NCBI GenBank assembly: GCA_963796055.1 | Contig: CAWCKH010000003.1 | Span: 320,001 to 384,000, forward strand | Source: an uncultured delta proteobacterium | GTDB taxonomy: Bacteria; Myxococcota; Myxococcia; Myxococcales; Myxococcaceae | DNA: 64,000 bases | Direction of reading: 5' to 3' | Made by a program: the position numbers and the translations under genes | Shown here: one piece after another, positions 61,219 to 64,000 of the stretch | How positions within the stretch are numbered: position 1 is the first letter of the stretch | Layout: every line of letters begins with the position of its first letter | Notes under the pieces: model-generated | What the model was told of the DNA's origin: nothing | What the model saw: only the letters and a program-made list of their open reading frames with translations | The model's database searches: none

Positions 61219-61857
61219 CTACTTCTTGGCGGCCTTCTTCGCCTCGGGGGCCGTTCGCAGGGCCTGCGACTTCTGGGAGGTGGCCTTCTTGACCCCGGAA
61301 ACGGGGGTGGCCACCGGCTCCTTGCGCGTCGCGGGCGTGGTAGCGGGAGCCGGCGGGAGGATGCTCTCGCGCGGGGCGGGGATGACCAGCGGCGGCTGCC
61401 CGGCACGCTGGCGGTTCTCGTCCTCCAGGGAGAGGAAGAGCTGGATCTGCGCGCCGCCCCGGAGGACCAGCTCGCCCTTCTGGTTCTCGGCCCAGAGGTC
61501 CAGCTCGGCGAAGTAGCGACCCTCGTCACCCCAGCGCTCGGTCACCCGGCCCTTGCAGACCACCGTGTCCCCCGGCCAGACGATCTTCGAGAACTTCACC
61601 GAGTACCGGCGCAGCTGCGCGCCCCGGGCCCAGTCGGACACCAGCTGTCCGAGAAAGCCCATGATCAGCATCCCCGGGGCGTAGACCGAGGGCATGCCCA
61701 GGCTCTTGGCGTACGTCTCGTCGACGTGCACCGGGTTGAAGTCACCCGAAGCGCCGGCGTAGCGCGCCAGCTGCACCCGATCGACCGGGGTCTTGGAGAG
61801 CCCGGGCATCTCCTCCCCCACCCGCACCGCCTCGAAGTAGAGCTTGCGTGATGCCAT
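61219..61857 (-). CDS. MaoC-like dehydratase
   Basis: YAGASGDFNPVH motif. Confidence 0.9.
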   Translation of the reverse strand: MASRKLYFEAVRVGEEMPGLSKTPVDRVQLARYAGASGDFNPVHVDETYAKSLGMPSVYAPGMLIMGFLGQLVSDWARGAQLRRYSVKFSKIVWPGDTVVCKGRVTERWGDEGRYFAELDLWAENQKGELVLRGGAQIQLFLSLEDENRQRAGQPPLVIPAPRESILPPAPATTPATRKEPVATPVSGVKKATSQKSQALRTAPEAKKAAKK

Positions 61858-61863
61858 CGGCGT

Positions 61864-62310
61864 TCAGCTCTCCTTGCTCGCGCGCACCACCAGCGTGCGC
61901 CGGGCCTTGAAGACGAGGTTCCCCTCCTCGTCGCGCCCCTCGTCCTCGATGACCGCGACGTCCATCTTCCCCGCCGGGCCGGTGCGCTCGAGCACCTCCG
62001 CCACCCGGGTGGAGACGTAGATCCGGTCCCCGGCGAAGATGGGTCGGTCGTACTCGAACGCCTGCTCGGCGTGCAGCAAGCTCTTGATACCCACCCCGAG
62101 GAGCTCGCGCAGATCCGCCGCGGAGTGGAAGCTGGCCGGGAAGGTGGGTGGGGCGACGATGGTGGGGTACCCCGCGGCCCGGGCGTACTCCTCGTCGTAG
62201 TACATGGGGTTGAAGTCGCCGAGCGCCTCGGCGAAGCGGCGGATCGCCCCCTTCTCGACCTCGTTCAGGGTTGGCGGGGACGATCGGCCGATGGCGTTCC
62301 TGTCCAGCAT
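61864..62310 (-). CDS. MaoC N-terminal-type hotdog dehydratase subunit
   Basis: VEKGAIRRFA..GD.NP, APPTF, LLHAEQ.FEY.RPI. Confidence 0.88.
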   Translation of the reverse strand: MLDRNAIGRSSPPTLNEVEKGAIRRFAEALGDFNPMYYDEEYARAAGYPTIVAPPTFPASFHSAADLRELLGVGIKSLLHAEQAFEYDRPIFAGDRIYVSTRVAEVLERTGPAGKMDVAVIEDEGRDEEGNLVFKARRTLVVRASKES

Positions 62311-62328
62311 GGTTGGTCCTTTGGCGGC

Positions 62329-63324
62329 TCAGCGTCCCGCCGGCAGATCGAGCACCGTGAGGAGCCCCGACTCCGCGGATGCGACGCGTGGGGCGGCGTG
62401 TACCACGAGCTGGGCGGTGGCGGAGTCCCCCGGGATGCCGCCGGCGATGTCGACGCTCAGCCGTGTGTCCGATTCAATGACGATCTGGTCCCCGGGGGGT
62501 TCCGCCCCCAGGGCGAGCATCAGCTCGAGCCGTACCCTCTCCTGCCCGTCCACCAGACCGACGACGGTCTGGTTCACACCCGCCACCCGGCCCCGGGGCA
62601 CGACGAAGGCGCCTCCCGGGATGTCCTCGTGGGCGATGACCGGAGCGACCTCCTCCTCGTACTCCTCCAGGTCGAGGCCGAGGCCCAGCGCACAGAGCGC
62701 CGCCGACTCGAGGAGGCCGACGTGGCCCACCGCCCCCTCGGCTGCGAGGGCGTCGAACTCGTCCTCGGTCAGGCCGGCGCCGATCTTTCGCTGCAACGCC
62801 TCGCGGCGCCCGCGGGCGTCCACCACCCGCCGGGCGAGGATGTGGCGCACCGGTCCGAGGGTCTGGCCGAGCGTGGCCGCGAGCCGGTCCAGAACGAAGC
62901 CCGGGTTGACCCCTGTGCCGAGCATCGAGACGCCCGCCCGCTGGGCTGCCCGCTCGAGCCGCTCGGCCAGCTCCGGATGCCGGACCCAGGGGAACGCCAG
63001 CTCCTCACAGGTGGAGACAACCGGGTGGCCGTCCCGCACCGCCGCCAGGAGCTGCTCGGCGACGGCGGGCAGCGACGAGCCGGTCGCATGGAGCACCACC
63101 GGGCGTGGCCCGCGCGCCGGCGCACGCCGGAGCTCCGGCTCGACCTTGATCGGGCTCGGCACCCCGAGCTCCTCCAGTCGCTTGCCCACGATGCTGGTAT
63201 GCGTGTCCACGGCGCCGACCAGCGTCACCTCCTCCGACTGGAGCGAGGCGCGTGCGATCTCCCGCCCGATGGCCCCGAGCCCCACCACCACCACGGGCAC
63301 CGGACCCGAGTTCGCCCTGGCCAT
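62329..63324 (-). CDS. NAD(P)-dependent oxidoreductase (DapB-like / 2,4-diaminopentanoate dehydrogenase-like)
   Basis: GLGAIG, STCEEL, GTGVNPGF, GGIPGD.AT. Confidence 0.8.
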   Translation of the reverse strand: MARANSGPVPVVVVGLGAIGREIARASLQSEEVTLVGAVDTHTSIVGKRLEELGVPSPIKVEPELRRAPARGPRPVVLHATGSSLPAVAEQLLAAVRDGHPVVSTCEELAFPWVRHPELAERLERAAQRAGVSMLGTGVNPGFVLDRLAATLGQTLGPVRHILARRVVDARGRREALQRKIGAGLTEDEFDALAAEGAVGHVGLLESAALCALGLGLDLEEYEEEVAPVIAHEDIPGGAFVVPRGRVAGVNQTVVGLVDGQERVRLELMLALGAEPPGDQIVIESDTRLSVDIAGGIPGDSATAQLVVHAAPRVASAESGLLTVLDLPAGR

Positions 63325-63371
63325 GCCGACCGAATCTCCCGCCGTTTCGAGGGTTTGTGCTTTTACGCCGC

Positions 63372-64000
63372 TCAGCGGGTGAAGACAATCCAGTCCGCCA
63401 GGGGGTCACCCTCGACCATCCCATCCAGCGCTTCCATCCCCGAGGCCACAGTTCCAATGATGGTGTAACGGCCATCCAGGTGGGGCTGTGGAGAGAGCGC
63501 CACGAAGAACTGGCTTCCGCCGGTGTCCTTCCCCGCCAGGGCCATCCCAACGGTGCCGCGGAGGTAGCTGCGCGGGGAGACCTCGCAGGGCAGGGTGAAG
63601 CCCGGACCGCCCTCCCCGTCCCCGCGCGGGTCGCCGCCCTGGACGACGAAGTCCGGAACCACGCGGTGAAAGGTGAGCCCGCGGAAGAACCCTTCCCGGG
63701 CGAGTCGGGTGAGCTGGGCCACCGTGGCCGGGGCGGCGTCGATGTCCGGGGCGATGACCACCGGGCCGTGCGCGGTCTCGATCCGCCAGAGGGTGCCGGC
63801 CGGCACAGGAGTCGCCGGTGGCGCCTCGGCCCGGGCCGGCAGCGGCGGGGCCCGGACCGGCGTGCCCTCCAGCGCGGTGAGGGCCCGTGCCGCCTGCTGC
63901 CGGATGTGGGCGTGCGGGGACGCGAGCCACTGTCGGAGGACCGTCCTGCTGCCCTCGGGCTTCAGCTTGATCAGCGCGTCGGCGTACGTCGTCACCACGT
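63372..64000 (-). CDS. Cyclophilin-type PPIase with HEAT-like N-terminal region (runs off the window)
   Basis: FHRVVPDFVVQGGDPRGDGEGG, GMA..GKDTGGSQFF, PHLDGRYT. Confidence 0.88.
   Translation of the reverse strand, partial: VVTTYADALIKLKPEGSRTVLRQWLASPHAHIRQQAARALTALEGTPVRAPPLPARAEAPPATPVPAGTLWRIETAHGPVVIAPDIDAAPATVAQLTRLAREGFFRGLTFHRVVPDFVVQGGDPRGDGEGGPGFTLPCEVSPRSYLRGTVGMALAGKDTGGSQFFVALSPQPHLDGRYTIIGTVASGMEALDGMVEGDPLADWIVFTR

Overview
This is a GC-rich myxobacterial (Myxococcales-like) chromosomal window in two parts. (1) Positions 1-25.3 kb are an accessory, decaying region next to a tRNA-Gly(GCC) gene on the minus strand. A ~13 kb tyrosine-integrase island (12191-25265) is bounded by a 27-bp duplication of the tRNA 3' end and has matching arm-type repeats at both ends. 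It carries int/xis/RHH genes, an IS481, a phased GGCTCC repeat array beside a 25-bp perfect hairpin, and a coupled PPIase-HupE/UreJ-DUF3604-carbonic anhydrase-SulP operon. To its left is what looks like a second, older island with czcCBA-type efflux genes, truncated corA, an IS91 remnant and YCII/ECF42 modules. (2) Positions 25.3-64 kb are mostly core genes: pgsA, nadB, pyrE, padC-bacPON, sgmT-like kinase, tlyA, dxs, ispA, xseB/xseA, ECF/anti-sigma, exbBD and acyl-CoA dehydrogenase/MaoC genes. The most unusual observations are an exonuclease VII whose small subunit ends in an SSB-like DDDIPF tail and whose large subunit has a clamp-binding-like QGDLF motif, a 305-nt rod-like imperfect palindrome between dxs and tlyA, and the DUF3604-CA-SulP cargo operon. 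All calls come from reading motifs by eye; no database searches were run.
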